A stretch of 64,000 bases of DNA from Acidobacteriota bacterium. Lineage in GTDB: Bacteria; Acidobacteriota; Polarisedimenticolia; Polarisedimenticolales; JBBIHH01. This document shows positions 54,558 to 64,000 of this stretch, piece after piece. Location of the stretch: NCBI GenBank assembly GCA_037447115.1, contig JBBIHH010000001.1, forward strand, positions 178,797 to 242,796, given 5' to 3'. The first letter of the stretch is position 1. Each line of letters begins with the position of its first letter. Both the position numbers and the translations under genes were made by a program. A model generated the notes under the pieces. It was not told the origin of the DNA, did no database searches, and worked only from the letters and a program-made list of their open reading frames with translations.

Positions 54558-56528
54558 TCAGCCCTCCAGGGGTTCGACGGCTGCCGCTCCCCACTGCACG
54601 AGCAGCGCTGCCGAGCCTTTCGGATCGAAGCGCGGATCCGCCGCATCGAGAAACAGGAAAAAGCGATCCGCCGTGGCGCGCCGGAAACGCTCGTGCCGGA
54701 ACCACGGCCGGTGGTAGCGGGGCAGGCCGTTGCCGATCAGAAGTCCCGCCACCGTGGCCAGCGCCGCGCAGAGGACCGTCAGCTCGAAGGCGACCGGGAT
54801 GTTCGCCGGCAAGCTGAAGAACGGTTTGCCGCTGATGATCAGCGGATAGTCCACGGCGTTCGTCCACCACTGAAGCCACAACCCGCCCAGGCATCCCAGC
54901 ACGCCGCCCGCGAGGGTCCACCACGGCAGCCGGCTGTCGGGCAGGCCCATGGCGCGGTCCATGCCCTCGACGGGAAACGGCGTGAAGGCCTCGAAGTGGG
55001 AAAAGCCCGCCTCTCTCGCCCTCCGCGCCGCTTCCCGCAGCGCCCCGGGACCCGCGAACTCGCCGAGGAGTCCTGCGAGCGAGCCCGACTCGCCCCTGCG
55101 CGGGACCGCTTGCAGGGGCGGTGCGGGCGCCGGGGCGGGCTCCGCGCGGGGCATGACGACCTTGACCTCCGCCATGGCGATGATGGGCGCGAAGCGCAAG
55201 AACAGCAGGAACAACGCGAGGAACAACCCGAAGCTGCCCGCGAGCATCCCCCAATCCACCCAGGTGGGCACGTAGTAGCCCCAGCTCGAGGGCAAAAAGT
55301 CCCGCTGGAGCGAGGTCACGACGATCACGAAGCGCTCGAACCACATGCCGACGTTGACGAAGAGCACGATGAGGAAGGTGACGAGCGGGTTCTTGCGGAT
55401 GCGCTTGGACCAGAACAACTGCGGCGTGATCACGTTGCAGGTGACCATGATCCAGTACGCCCAACCATAGGGGCCGAGCGAGCGGTTGAGGAAGGTGAAG
55501 TGCTCGAAGCGGTTGCCGCTGTACCAGGCGATGAAAAACTCGACGAAGTACGCGTAGCCCACCATGGTGCCCGTGGCGAGGAGGATCTTCGACATGTTCT
55601 CCAGGTGGCGCAGGGTCATGATGTCCTGCAGTCCGAACCACCACCGCACCGGAATGGCGAGCAACAGCACCATGGCGAAACCGCTGAAGATCGCGCCGGC
55701 TACGAAGTAGGGCGGCATGATCGTCGCGTGCCAGCCGGGCAGGCTCGACACCGCGAAATCGAAGCTCACCACGGAATGGACGGAGAGCACCAGGGGCGTG
55801 GCCAGCGCGGCGAGCATCAGGTAGGCGCGCTCGTAGTCGCGCCAGTCGCGCTGCGAACCGCACCAGCCCAGGCTGAGCAACCCGTAGACGATGGCCCGCC
55901 CGCGGGAGGTGGCCCGGTCGCGCAGGGTGGCGAGGTCGGGCACCATCCCCAAGTACCAGAAGAGGAGCGAAACCGTGAAGTACGTGCTCACGGCGAAGAC
56001 GTCCCACACGAGCGGGCTGCGGAAGTTGGGCCACATGAGCATCTGGTTGGGCACCGGGAACAGCCAGTAGGCGAACCAGATGCGGCCCACGTGGATCGCG
56101 GGGAAAATGCCGGCGCAAATCACCGCGAACACCGTCATCGCCTCGGCGAAGCGGTTGATCCCGGTGCGCCAGGGTTGCCGGAACAGATAGAGGATCGCGG
56201 AGATGAGGGTCCCCGCATGGCCGATCCCGACCCAGAACACGAAGTTGATGATGGCGAAGCCCCAGGCCACGGGCACCTGGACCCCCCAGACGCCGATGCC
56301 CCGGCCGATCAGGTAACCGATGAGCACGAAGAACATCAGGGCCAGGGCCGCCGAGAGGAGGAACACGGGCCACCAGCCGCGCGGTGCCCGGGGCCGCTCC
56401 GCGAGCCCGCAGATCTTGTCCGTGAGGGTGGTGTCCGTGTGACCCCCGAGCACGAGCGGCGCCCGGCGCCGGGGATCCGAGCCCGTGTTGTCGAGCAGCA
56501 CGGGCGGTGTCGCCACCGCGTGGCTCAT
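54558..56528 (-). CDS. actC: Alternative Complex III ActC (NrfD/PsrC-like) fused in frame to ActD (DUF3341)
   Basis: 656 aa. The ActC part reads ..[20 protein letters not shown].. ..[12 protein letters not shown]... Without any stop codon it continues into ..[39 protein letters not shown].. ..[26 protein letters not shown]... Confidence 0.9.
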   Translation of the reverse strand: MSHAVATPPVLLDNTGSDPRRRAPLVLGGHTDTTLTDKICGLAERPRAPRGWWPVFLLSAALALMFFVLIGYLIGRGIGVWGVQVPVAWGFAIINFVFWVGIGHAGTLISAILYLFRQPWRTGINRFAEAMTVFAVICAGIFPAIHVGRIWFAYWLFPVPNQMLMWPNFRSPLVWDVFAVSTYFTVSLLFWYLGMVPDLATLRDRATSRGRAIVYGLLSLGWCGSQRDWRDYERAYLMLAALATPLVLSVHSVVSFDFAVSSLPGWHATIMPPYFVAGAIFSGFAMVLLLAIPVRWWFGLQDIMTLRHLENMSKILLATGTMVGYAYFVEFFIAWYSGNRFEHFTFLNRSLGPYGWAYWIMVTCNVITPQLFWSKRIRKNPLVTFLIVLFVNVGMWFERFVIVVTSLQRDFLPSSWGYYVPTWVDWGMLAGSFGLFLALFLLFLRFAPIIAMAEVKVVMPRAEPAPAPAPPLQAVPRRGESGSLAGLLGEFAGPGALREAARRAREAGFSHFEAFTPFPVEGMDRAMGLPDSRLPWWTLAGGVLGCLGGLWLQWWTNAVDYPLIISGKPFFSLPANIPVAFELTVLCAALATVAGLLIGNGLPRYHRPWFRHERFRRATADRFFLFLDAADPRFDPKGSAALLVQWGAAAVEPLEG

Positions 56529-59500
56529 CCCTCGGCGCGCCTCCCTGTGCGGTGGAGCAGCCGGGCCAGGTAGCGCAGGCGGGGCCGCACGTTCTGCTCC
56601 TCGAGCAGCGCGTACGCCCGAGCGTCGTCGAACGCGGCGCGCACGCGGCTTCCCGGGTCGTTCAGATCGCCGAAGACGATGGCCTGCGCGGGGCAGGCCT
56701 GGGCGCAGGCGGGCACGACATCGCCGTCCCGGAGCTCCCGGCCCTCGCGCCGGGCGGCGATCCGCGCCGACTGAATGCGCTGCACGCAGAAGGTGCACTT
56801 CTCCATCACCCCGCGGCTGCGCACCGTGACCTCCGGGTTGAACACCATCGCCTCGAGGTGGCCCGTCTTCTTCGTGTAGTGGAACCAGTTGAAGCGCCGG
56901 ACCTTGTAGGGGCAGTTGTTGGAGCAGTAGCGCGTGCCGATGCAGCGGTTGTAGACCATGACGTTCAGGCCTTCGCTGTCGTGCACGGTCGCCGCCACCG
57001 GGCAGACGCTCTCGCAGGGCGCGTTCTCGCAGTGGTGGCAGGTGACGGGCTGGTGGTGCACCGAGGGGGCCTCGGGGTCGCCGGAGAAGTAGCGGTCGAC
57101 GCGGATCCAGTGCATCTCGTGGCCCCGCAGCACCTCCCGCTTGCCCACGACCGGCACGTTGTTCTCCGCCTGGCAGGCGACCACGCACGCCCCGCAACCC
57201 ACGCAGGCGTCGAGATCGATCGCCATCGCCCAGCGGTGGCCCGGGTAGGTGTGCTCGCGCCACAGCGCCACGGGGTGGAACTCGCCCTCGCCGCGCACCG
57301 CACGGTGGGGATCCGCGAGAAAGTCGCGCAGCTCCACCTGGCGGGCGAACCGCCGAGCCCGCAGCTCCCGCTCCGCCGCCCCGAGACGGTCCATCGTCCA
57401 GTGATCCTGGGTGCAGGCCAGCTCGCGGCGCGCGCCGGTCCGCTCGAGACGCACCTCAGCCACGAGCCGCCCGTCGGCGGGGCGCAGCGTTTGCACCTCC
57501 GCACCGACGCCGCCGCCCACGGCCCCCGCGGCGCGCCGCCCATAGCCGAGCGCCACGCTCGCCGAACCGGGCGCTTGCCCGGGAAGGACGAGCGCGGGCA
57601 GCTCGAGCGCCCGTTCGGCCGCCTGCACGCGCACGAGATCCCCGTCGGTCACGCCCAGGCGCTGCGCATCCCGCGGAGCGAGAAGCAGCGCGTTGTCCCA
57701 GGTGAGCTTCGTCATCGGATCGGGAAGCTCCTGCAGCCACGCGTTGTTGGCGAAGCGCCCGTCGTAGACCTTCGCGTCGAGACAGAAGACGAGCTCCCAT
57801 CCCTCCCGGCGTGCGGCCGAAGCTCCCGCCTGAGCGAACGCCGCGTCCCACCACTCCCCGCGCGCGACGGGCAGCATCACCTCGCGCCACGCCGTGCCTT
57901 CCACGAGGCCCTCGTGCAGCGCCTGCCGCCAGCCGTCCTCGACAGCGCCCGGGCCGAACGCGTCGCGGAAGGTCTCGCGCACCAGCGCGTAGGCCCGCTG
58001 CGGCGCCTGTTCCACGCAGAGGGAGAGCAACTCGGCCGCCGTGCGCCCCTCCCACAGCGGCTCGATCAGCGGTTGGACGATGCTCCACGTGCCGTCCCAC
58101 GCGCGCGCGTCGCCCCACGACTCCAGGTAGTGCGCGAGGGGCAAGTGCCACGCGCACAGGCGGGCCGTCTCGTCGCGGTAGGGGCCGACGTGGATCGCGG
58201 TCTTGGCTTTCTCGAGGCGCCGCGCGAACTCCAGGTCCGCCGGGGCGTCGAAGGCGGGGTTGACGTCGAGCAACAGCAGCGTGTCCACGCGGCCTGCCTC
58301 GAGCCGGTCCGCCAGGCGGCGGATGGCCTCGGCGTGGGCCGCCCGCGAAGGCTCGGGCGCCTCCGTATAGGTCACGGCGCGCCCCGCGCTGCCCAGCGCA
58401 TGGTTGAGCAGATAGACGAGCGCATGGATCTCGGGGGCGACCCTCGGGCCGGCGAGGATCAGCGCGTCGCCGCGCGCGCTCCAGAGATCCCGAGCCAGCG
58501 CCCCCAGCAGGTCGTCCGCACGCCCACCGCCGCGCCACGCTTCGAGCGCGCGCACCTCCCCGAAACCAGCCGGGGGCGCGAGCCCCAGGCCGAGGAACAG
58601 TTGCGCCGCGAGCCGTACGGCGAAGTCCGCAAGCTCGCTCGGGCGCAGCGGCAGGCGATGGTCCGCCAGACTGCCGCTCAAGCTGTGCGCCGCCTCGACG
58701 GCCCAGACCCGAGGTCGCGCCTCGGCCGGTCCCCGCCGCGCCTGGCTGAAGTCGTGGATGTAACGGACGGCGGCGGGGTGCGCGAGCCAAGGATCCGCAT
58801 CGAGGAGCAGGACCACCCGCGCGCGGTCGAACCGCGGGTGGACGCGCAGGGGCTGGCCGCAGGCCAGGCGCGTGCCCTCGCGCTCGGCGTCCTCGTGGGA
58901 GAAGGGTTCGTACTCGAGCCACTCGGCCCGCGGCTCCTGCTCGAGGAGCCTCGCTCGCAGCCGGCCGAGGGTCGGCGACGACGACGCGGCGGCCAGGACG
59001 TACAGGCCCCGGCCCTCCCGCGCGGCGAGCTGCGCGAACTGCCCCCGGAGGAACGCCGCGGCAGCTTCCCAGCTTGCGCGCGACTCGTCCTGGCCGGCGC
59101 GCTGCACGGGATGGCGGCTGCGGTCCGGGTCGTAGAGGCCGAGCAGGCTCGCCTGATGCCAAGCGCTCGTGCCGCCCAGGCTGTAAGGGTGCCGGGGGTT
59201 GCCCTCGATCTTGATCGGCCGCCCGTCGTAGCTCGTCACGAGCAGGCCCGTGGCCGCGCCCGCCAGTTCCATCGCCGTGGCGTAGCGCTTGGGTGCTCCC
59301 GGAACGTAGCCCTCGGGCCGATGGGCGAACGGGACGATCGGCTCCGCGGGCCAGCGGCAGCGCGCGGCTCCCAGCATCGCCAGCGAGGCGCCCATCAGTT
59401 TCAGGAACTCGCGCCGATCGGGCCCGCCTCCGCCGAAGAAGCCTTCGGGAAACTCCCCCTCGCGCCAGATCCGCAGCTCGGACCGCCCCTCGCGGTCCCC

Positions 59501-59545
59501 GAGACTGCGCCACTGGGCGGGCCGCTCGCGCTTCAGCGGTGACAT
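56525..59545 (-). CDS. actB: Alternative Complex III subunit ActB (Tat-signal, molybdopterin-oxidoreductase-like domain plus 4Fe-4S domain)
   Basis: 1006 aa. The Tat-like motif is ..[16 protein letters not shown]... The ferredoxin motifs are ..[16 protein letters not shown].., ..[14 protein letters not shown].. and ..[14 protein letters not shown]... Confidence 0.92.
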   Translation of the reverse strand: MSPLKRERPAQWRSLGDREGRSELRIWREGEFPEGFFGGGGPDRREFLKLMGASLAMLGAARCRWPAEPIVPFAHRPEGYVPGAPKRYATAMELAGAATGLLVTSYDGRPIKIEGNPRHPYSLGGTSAWHQASLLGLYDPDRSRHPVQRAGQDESRASWEAAAAFLRGQFAQLAAREGRGLYVLAAASSSPTLGRLRARLLEQEPRAEWLEYEPFSHEDAEREGTRLACGQPLRVHPRFDRARVVLLLDADPWLAHPAAVRYIHDFSQARRGPAEARPRVWAVEAAHSLSGSLADHRLPLRPSELADFAVRLAAQLFLGLGLAPPAGFGEVRALEAWRGGGRADDLLGALARDLWSARGDALILAGPRVAPEIHALVYLLNHALGSAGRAVTYTEAPEPSRAAHAEAIRRLADRLEAGRVDTLLLLDVNPAFDAPADLEFARRLEKAKTAIHVGPYRDETARLCAWHLPLAHYLESWGDARAWDGTWSIVQPLIEPLWEGRTAAELLSLCVEQAPQRAYALVRETFRDAFGPGAVEDGWRQALHEGLVEGTAWREVMLPVARGEWWDAAFAQAGASAARREGWELVFCLDAKVYDGRFANNAWLQELPDPMTKLTWDNALLLAPRDAQRLGVTDGDLVRVQAAERALELPALVLPGQAPGSASVALGYGRRAAGAVGGGVGAEVQTLRPADGRLVAEVRLERTGARRELACTQDHWTMDRLGAAERELRARRFARQVELRDFLADPHRAVRGEGEFHPVALWREHTYPGHRWAMAIDLDACVGCGACVVACQAENNVPVVGKREVLRGHEMHWIRVDRYFSGDPEAPSVHHQPVTCHHCENAPCESVCPVAATVHDSEGLNVMVYNRCIGTRYCSNNCPYKVRRFNWFHYTKKTGHLEAMVFNPEVTVRSRGVMEKCTFCVQRIQSARIAARREGRELRDGDVVPACAQACPAQAIVFGDLNDPGSRVRAAFDDARAYALLEEQNVRPRLRYLARLLHRTGRRAEG

Positions 59546-60213
59546 GCGCTGCAATCCTCCCGAGGGGCGATCCGCAAGGCCGCCCGCAGGGCGGCACCGC
59601 TCTCGCGCGGGTCGCTTGGCGGATGCCAGTCCATGCGCGTTGCCAGCTCCGGCGGCCGCAGGTGCGGCTCGGGGTCGCGGTGGCAGCCGAGGCACCACCC
59701 CATGCTGAGGGGCGCCCACTGGTAGACGACCTCCATGCGGTCCACCGGGCCGTGGCATTCGGCGCAGCCCACGCCGCGCCGCACGTGCGCGCTGTGATCG
59801 AAGTACGCATAGTCGGGCAAGTCGTGCACGCGTACCCAGCGTATGGGAAGCCCCGTGGCGTAGCTCTCGCGCAGGGCCGCGAGCTTGGGCGAGTCGGGCG
59901 CGATGGCGGCGTGGCAACCCATGCAGGTGTCCGTGGGCGGGATCGCAGCGGCGGCCGCGAACTCGACCGTGTTGTGGCAGTAGCGGCAGTCGAGACCCAG
60001 ATCCCCCGCATGCAGCGCGTGGCTGAAAGGCACGGGCTGCACCGGCGCGTAGCCCACGTCCGTCGTTTTCGGGGAACCCCCGTACCAGAAAAGAAGCACG
60101 AGATAGACTGGCAGCGCCCCGAAGAGCGAGACCGCCACCCAGGGCCGCGCGCGGTCGAGCCACACCGGGAGCACATAGGGGTAGCGGTCGCGCGGTGCGG
60201 CTCGCTCCGGCAT
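59533..60213 (-). CDS. actA: Alternative Complex III pentaheme cytochrome c subunit ActA
   Basis: 226 aa with an N-terminal TM segment and five CxxCH motifs (CRYCH, CMGCH, CAECH, CLGCH, CSACH). Confidence 0.9.
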   Translation of the reverse strand: MPERAAPRDRYPYVLPVWLDRARPWVAVSLFGALPVYLVLLFWYGGSPKTTDVGYAPVQPVPFSHALHAGDLGLDCRYCHNTVEFAAAAAIPPTDTCMGCHAAIAPDSPKLAALRESYATGLPIRWVRVHDLPDYAYFDHSAHVRRGVGCAECHGPVDRMEVVYQWAPLSMGWCLGCHRDPEPHLRPPELATRMDWHPPSDPRESGAALRAALRIAPREDCSACHR

Positions 60214-60527
60214 GAGAGGCGCGCACTCCTAAGCCCGGGCGAGGCGTGGAGGAGCCGCGGCGGCAGGGTGCGCCCCCGGCGATCGTCCGGCCTGCTCCGG
60301 GCGTTTGCCAGGCTGGACAGTGGCGCGCATGATAGCGGCCGCCCGACAGGCCCTGCAACCGCGACTCCGCAAGATGGAGGAGAGGATCGCGAGTCGGCCG
60401 GCAGGCGATGCACGAAGGCCGCAGCGGGTGAGACTCCCGGCCGAAGCGGGTGTGGCGTGCGCCGCGGCGGGGAATGGATAGACTGGTCCGTGCCGGCCCG
60501 CCGCGCGGGCCGCACGGAGGGCCACGG

Positions 60528-61130
60528 ATGACTCGCACGCTCCCGATCCCTCGCCGCCTCGCGATACTCGGCGCGCTGCTGACGACCCTCGCCTTCGCCG
60601 GAGCGGATGCACCGGGAAGGGTCGAGGTCAGCCTCGACGCGGCTGCCGTGAGCGACCTTCTCGCCGCCGCCGTGCCCCCCTCGCTCGGCGTCGCCCTGCC
60701 GGGAGGGCTTTCCGCGACGCTGCGCTTCGAAGAAGTGCGGGTGGTCGGATTCGAGCCCGGCGCCGGCCGCGACGGGGGTGGCCTGGTGCACACGTGGGCG
60801 CGGGTGTCCATTCCGGAGCTCGGCTGGAGCGCGACCGTCGAGCCCCGCATCGCGGTGTCCGCCGAGAAGAGCGGGGAGGGGCGGCGTTGCCGGCTACGCT
60901 TCGAGCAGCTCGAAGTGCCGCTGCCGCTCGTCGGGACGCGGGACATCGGGCCGTGGCTTCCGCCCCTGGGTTTCCCCGCCGAACAGGTTTCCTCGTTCCA
61001 CACCGCGCGGGGCGACTACGAGATCGAAACGCAGCTCGCCGACATCGCCCTGGGAACGCGCGCGCTGCGCCTCGGTTTCGAGGTCAGGATCAGGCCGAGG
61101 GGCCGAGCTGCGGGCGGCGCTTCGCAGTAA
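60528..61130 (+). CDS. hypothetical secreted protein
   Basis: 200 aa from ATG 60528 (GGAGGG 8 nt upstream) with a signal peptide MTRTLPIPRRLAILGALLTTLAFAGADA. I recognise no family. Confidence 0.55.
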   Translation: MTRTLPIPRRLAILGALLTTLAFAGADAPGRVEVSLDAAAVSDLLAAAVPPSLGVALPGGLSATLRFEEVRVVGFEPGAGRDGGGLVHTWARVSIPELGWSATVEPRIAVSAEKSGEGRRCRLRFEQLEVPLPLVGTRDIGPWLPPLGFPAEQVSSFHTARGDYEIETQLADIALGTRALRLGFEVRIRPRGRAAGGASQ

Positions 61131-61162
61131 CCTGGCCCTTTCTCCGCGACCGGCGGCGTAGA

Positions 61163-62914
61163 ATGCGCTGGATGGGAAAGCGGCGTGCGACCGGCCGGAG
61201 GCGGATGGTCCTGGCCGCTCTGGTTGCCGGAGGGGGCTGCCTTCTGCCGGCCGGCTGCAGCCCCGAAGAGCAGCGGATGGCGGATCTCGTGCTGCGGGGC
61301 GGGCGCGTCGTGACTCTCGACCCCGCCCGCCCCGAGGCGGAGGCCCTGGCGATCGAGGGCGACCGCATCGTCGCCGTCGGTCGCGACGACGAGATCGCGC
61401 CGTGGATCGGAAAGCGGACGCGGATCCTGGACCTGCGAGGTGGCCTCGCGGTGCCCGGTCTCACCGAGGGACACGCGCATCTGCTGAACCTGGGGCGGCT
61501 GCGGCTGCACCTGGACCTGAGCGATTGCCGTTCCATGGACGACCTCGTGGCGCGGGTGCGGGAGGCTGCGGCGCGCACGCCGCGAGGGCAGTGGATCTAC
61601 GGCCGCGGCTGGCATCAGGAAAAATGGTCGCCGCCTCCCGTGCCTTCCGTCGAAGGCTTCCCGGTCCACCATGTTCTGAGCGCGGCGGTTGCGGAACATC
61701 CGGTGCTGCTGACCCACGCCAGCGGGCACGCGAGCCTCGTCAATGCCCAGGCGATGGCGCGCGCCGGCATCGACGCGGCGACGCCCGATCCGCCGGGGGG
61801 CCGCATCCTGCGCGACGCGCGGGGCCAGCCCACGGGCGTGCTGATCGAAACCGCGGAAGCGCTCGCCGAGAGCGCCTACGAGCGAGACCAGGCGGCACGG
61901 CCCGCGGAGGCGATCGCGCGGGAACGGGAGCGGATGCTCGAGCTCGCGATGGAGGAGTGCGTGCGCAAGGGTCTCACGGCCTTCCACGACGCGGGCTCCG
62001 GCGTGGAGACGATCGGGCTTCTCCGGCGCATGGCCGACGAGGGGCGCCTGCGACTGCGACTCTACGTCATGGTGCGGGAGCCGAATCATGTCCTGGAAGC
62101 CGAGCTGCCGCGCCTGCGGATGGTCGGCTACGGCGGCGGCTTTCTCACGGTGCGGGCCATCAAGAAGGCCGCCGACGGCGCCTTGGGCGCGCGGGGCGCG
62201 TGGCTCCTGGAGCCGTACGCCGACGCCCCCGGCACGCACGGCGAGAACACCGAGTCCCTGGATTCGATCGAGCGCGCGGGGCGGCTCGCCATCGAGCACG
62301 GCTTCCAGCTTTGCGTCCACGCCATCGGCGACCGCGCGAACCGCGAGGTGCTCGACCTCTACGAGCGGCTGTCGACGGAGCATCCGGAAGCGCGCGAGCT
62401 GCGCTGGAGGATCGAGCACGCGCAGCACCTGCATCCGGAGGACATCCCGCGCTTCGGCCGCCTGGGCGTCATCGCTTCCGTGCAGACCGTCCACTGCACC
62501 TCGGACGGGCCGTGGGCCATCGGCCGCATCGGCGAGCGCCGCGCGCGCGAGGGCGCCTATGCCTGGCGCGCGCTCCTCGACAGCGGCGCGCGCCTGATCA
62601 ACGGCACCGACGCCCCGGTCGAGGACGTGGACCCGATCCGCAATTTCTACGCCGCCGTGACGCGCCGGATGGCCGACGGCCGAGCGTTTTTCCCCGAACA
62701 GCGCCTGGGACGGGAGGAGGCCTTGCGGGCCGCGACGACCGATGCCGCCTACGCCGCCTTCGAGGAGGATCGCCGCGGCAGCCTCGCCCCCGGCAAGTGG
62801 GCAGATATCACCGTGCTCTCGCAGGATATCCTGACCGTCCCCGAGGAGGTGCTGCTACGCACCGAGGTCCTGTACACGATCGTCGGCGGCCGTGTCGCCT
62901 ACGCGCGGGACTGA
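61163..62914 (+). CDS. amidohydrolase-family (Amidohydro_3 / YtcJ-like) metal-dependent hydrolase, lipoprotein
   Basis: 583 aa with a lipobox-like ..LLPAGCS.. and the motifs ..VPGLTEGHAHLL.., ..VHAIGDRANREVLD.., ..RIEHAQHL.. and ..NGTDAPVEDVDP... Confidence 0.9.
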   Translation: MRWMGKRRATGRRRMVLAALVAGGGCLLPAGCSPEEQRMADLVLRGGRVVTLDPARPEAEALAIEGDRIVAVGRDDEIAPWIGKRTRILDLRGGLAVPGLTEGHAHLLNLGRLRLHLDLSDCRSMDDLVARVREAAARTPRGQWIYGRGWHQEKWSPPPVPSVEGFPVHHVLSAAVAEHPVLLTHASGHASLVNAQAMARAGIDAATPDPPGGRILRDARGQPTGVLIETAEALAESAYERDQAARPAEAIARERERMLELAMEECVRKGLTAFHDAGSGVETIGLLRRMADEGRLRLRLYVMVREPNHVLEAELPRLRMVGYGGGFLTVRAIKKAADGALGARGAWLLEPYADAPGTHGENTESLDSIERAGRLAIEHGFQLCVHAIGDRANREVLDLYERLSTEHPEARELRWRIEHAQHLHPEDIPRFGRLGVIASVQTVHCTSDGPWAIGRIGERRAREGAYAWRALLDSGARLINGTDAPVEDVDPIRNFYAAVTRRMADGRAFFPEQRLGREEALRAATTDAAYAAFEEDRRGSLAPGKWADITVLSQDILTVPEEVLLRTEVLYTIVGGRVAYARD

Positions 62915-63384
62915 CCCGCGAGGGCGGTCCCAGGCTCGCCAGAACGTTTTCGCTCGAGGCTCCACGACTCGCTGGCCCCGCATCCGAAACATCCGAAAGG
63001 AGGACGTGCTCGGGGGCGTGCGAAGCCCGGGCTGCCCTCGACCGCGCGCCGGGATTCTGCTATAGAACGCCGGCAGGCCGTCTGCCCCCAGAAGGGGTGA
63101 GCGCGAGTCCCGGGGGTTCCTGAGCCCGCCGACCTGTTGCGAGGGGATACCCCGCGGGGGGAGCCGGCGGCTCGGATGGATCGAGGAAAAACGACACGAG
63201 GCCGATGCCCCGTTCGCCGCAACCTTCGTCGGGTGCCCGCGGTGGATCTGTGGTGCATGAAGCTCGAACCGCCGATAACCGGTGGTGACCCGGTGGGTTC
63301 GGCCTGGAGGCCGCACCCGTATTACACGGAACGGCGTATCCCCATACACCGTTCTGTCGAAGTATAGTTAGCCAGACGAGGTGA

Positions 63385-63969
63385 ATGACTCGAGGGATGC
63401 GCATGAAAGAGAGTCTAAAGAGGTGGCACACTATGTGGCGCACGATCAGCAGTGTTGTGGTCTTGGCCGTCCTCGTTCTTCTCACACCGAGCTTCGTTGA
63501 GGCGCAACAAGCGCCGGCAACGCGAACCCTCATCCACATGAAGACGTCGCTAACCCTGGACGATGCGCAGATCTGTGCGGTCCCCAACGTGGCGTGGGCG
63601 TTGGTTAAGGCCGGGCACAAGGTGACGATCCTGGTGGATGCAAGCGCCGTGACCTCGGTCACCAAGGGCTTCGGCTGGTTCAACCGGTTCTTCCGAGCGG
63701 ACAGCACCGCGCTGGATCGCGCAGCGCTACCCGAGCGGGAGCGGAAAAGTCTGTCGGAGCAGATGAGCCTGCCACTGGAGCAGGTGCCGCACAATTATGG
63801 CGAGTACTTCGACTTCCTGAAGAAACTGGACATTGAGATCTACGGCAACCGGACGATGATGCTACTGTACAACATCGATCCGGCTCGGGTTGCTTCGGCG
63901 GTCACGCCTATTCCGTTGGACCGCATGGTGCAGCTCTTCAGCGAGGCCGACCGGGTTGTGGTGTACTGA
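63385..63969 (+). CDS. secreted hypothetical protein in lower-GC DNA (possibly a DsrE/DsrF-like fold)
   Basis: 194-aa ORF. Better-supported starts are at 63403 or 63433. A signal peptide ..ISSVVVLAVLVLLTPSFVEA/QQ.. is present. ..TLIHMKTSLTLDDAQICAVPNVAWALVKAGHKVTILVDASAV.. loosely resembles DsrE-type proteins. Confidence 0.55.
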   Translation: MTRGMRMKESLKRWHTMWRTISSVVVLAVLVLLTPSFVEAQQAPATRTLIHMKTSLTLDDAQICAVPNVAWALVKAGHKVTILVDASAVTSVTKGFGWFNRFFRADSTALDRAALPERERKSLSEQMSLPLEQVPHNYGEYFDFLKKLDIEIYGNRTMMLLYNIDPARVASAVTPIPLDRMVQLFSEADRVVVY

Positions 63970-64000
63970 ACGCAGGCGGATCGCATCCGGATGCCGCAGT

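Noticed and set aside
56507-60791. ORFs 56507-59542 (plus strand, 1011 aa), 57456-60791 (minus strand, 1111 aa) and the upstream 486 aa of 56525-61003 lie around actB and actA.
   Set aside because: These are antisense, off-frame or upstream extensions. actB begins at ATG 59545 with its Tat-like motif, and actA occupies 59533-60213 in another frame with five CxxCH motifs.
63250-63275. A GGTTCGAGC motif on the minus strand that resembles a tRNA T-loop.
   Set aside because: The flanks cannot form a T-stem, acceptor stem or anticodon arm, so it is not a tRNA or a convincing tRNA fragment.

Overview
This is a 64-kb bacterial chromosomal window of roughly 70% G+C. It is densely coding, with about 55 genes, many joined by 4-nt ATGA/GTGA start-stop overlaps. 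All family calls come from motif recognition in the supplied translations; no searches were run. The high GC produces many very long antisense or off-frame shadow ORFs (up to about 1500 aa), which I ignored.

Gene order:
- 1-1.2 kb: a decayed Wzx-type flippase.
- 1.1-5.8 kb: a 2Fe-2S protein, a SAM methyltransferase, a TPR protein, and a hemF / membrane protein / SYLF operon.
- 5.9-10.6 kb: a sulfur and cysteine neighbourhood with a rhodanese, a rhodanese-MBL fusion, cysteine dioxygenase, a PLP trans-sulfuration enzyme and a peroxiredoxin-like gene. The last has an in-frame UGA at its catalytic Cys plus a SECIS-like hairpin, so it is a probable selenoprotein.
- 10.7-18.7 kb: housekeeping and redox genes (DUF2085, aldehyde dehydrogenase, MBL, DUF47-Pit, AKR, Fe-ADH, ABM).
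- 18.7-22.5 kb: a DRG-type GTPase and an ACP-FAAL-acyltransferase tri-domain protein.
- 22.6-32.0 kb: an accessory patch. It holds a lower-GC, Cys-rich secreted orphan whose SD+ATG is separated from the ORF by an (AC)11 tract that puts it out of frame (candidate phase variation). It also holds a truncated IS91-family transposase and a VirJ-MprF-VirJ lipid-aminoacylation module. A radical SAM/SPASM gene there looks intact but carries an in-frame TGA exactly at the second Cys of CX3CX2C and an in-frame TAG. The patch is bracketed by two about 110-bp direct repeats, each abutting a gene remnant.
- 32.0-37.2 kb: an S8 protease and a MopE/dockerin-like protein, both secreted and Cys-rich.
- 37.4-46.6 kb: transporters, a split glutamate-synthase-like trio and kbl.
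- 46.6-60.2 kb: a co-directional respiratory block of ctaA, caa3-type oxidase subunits III/IV/I/II, Sco and Alternative Complex III (actA, actB, actC-D fusion, actE, actF).
- 60.5-64 kb: a secreted hypothetical, an amidohydrolase lipoprotein and a lower-GC secreted gene at the window edge.

No rRNA, tRNA or CRISPR was seen. The items most worth follow-up are the two in-frame UGA genes, the dinucleotide-repeat switch and the repeat pair.
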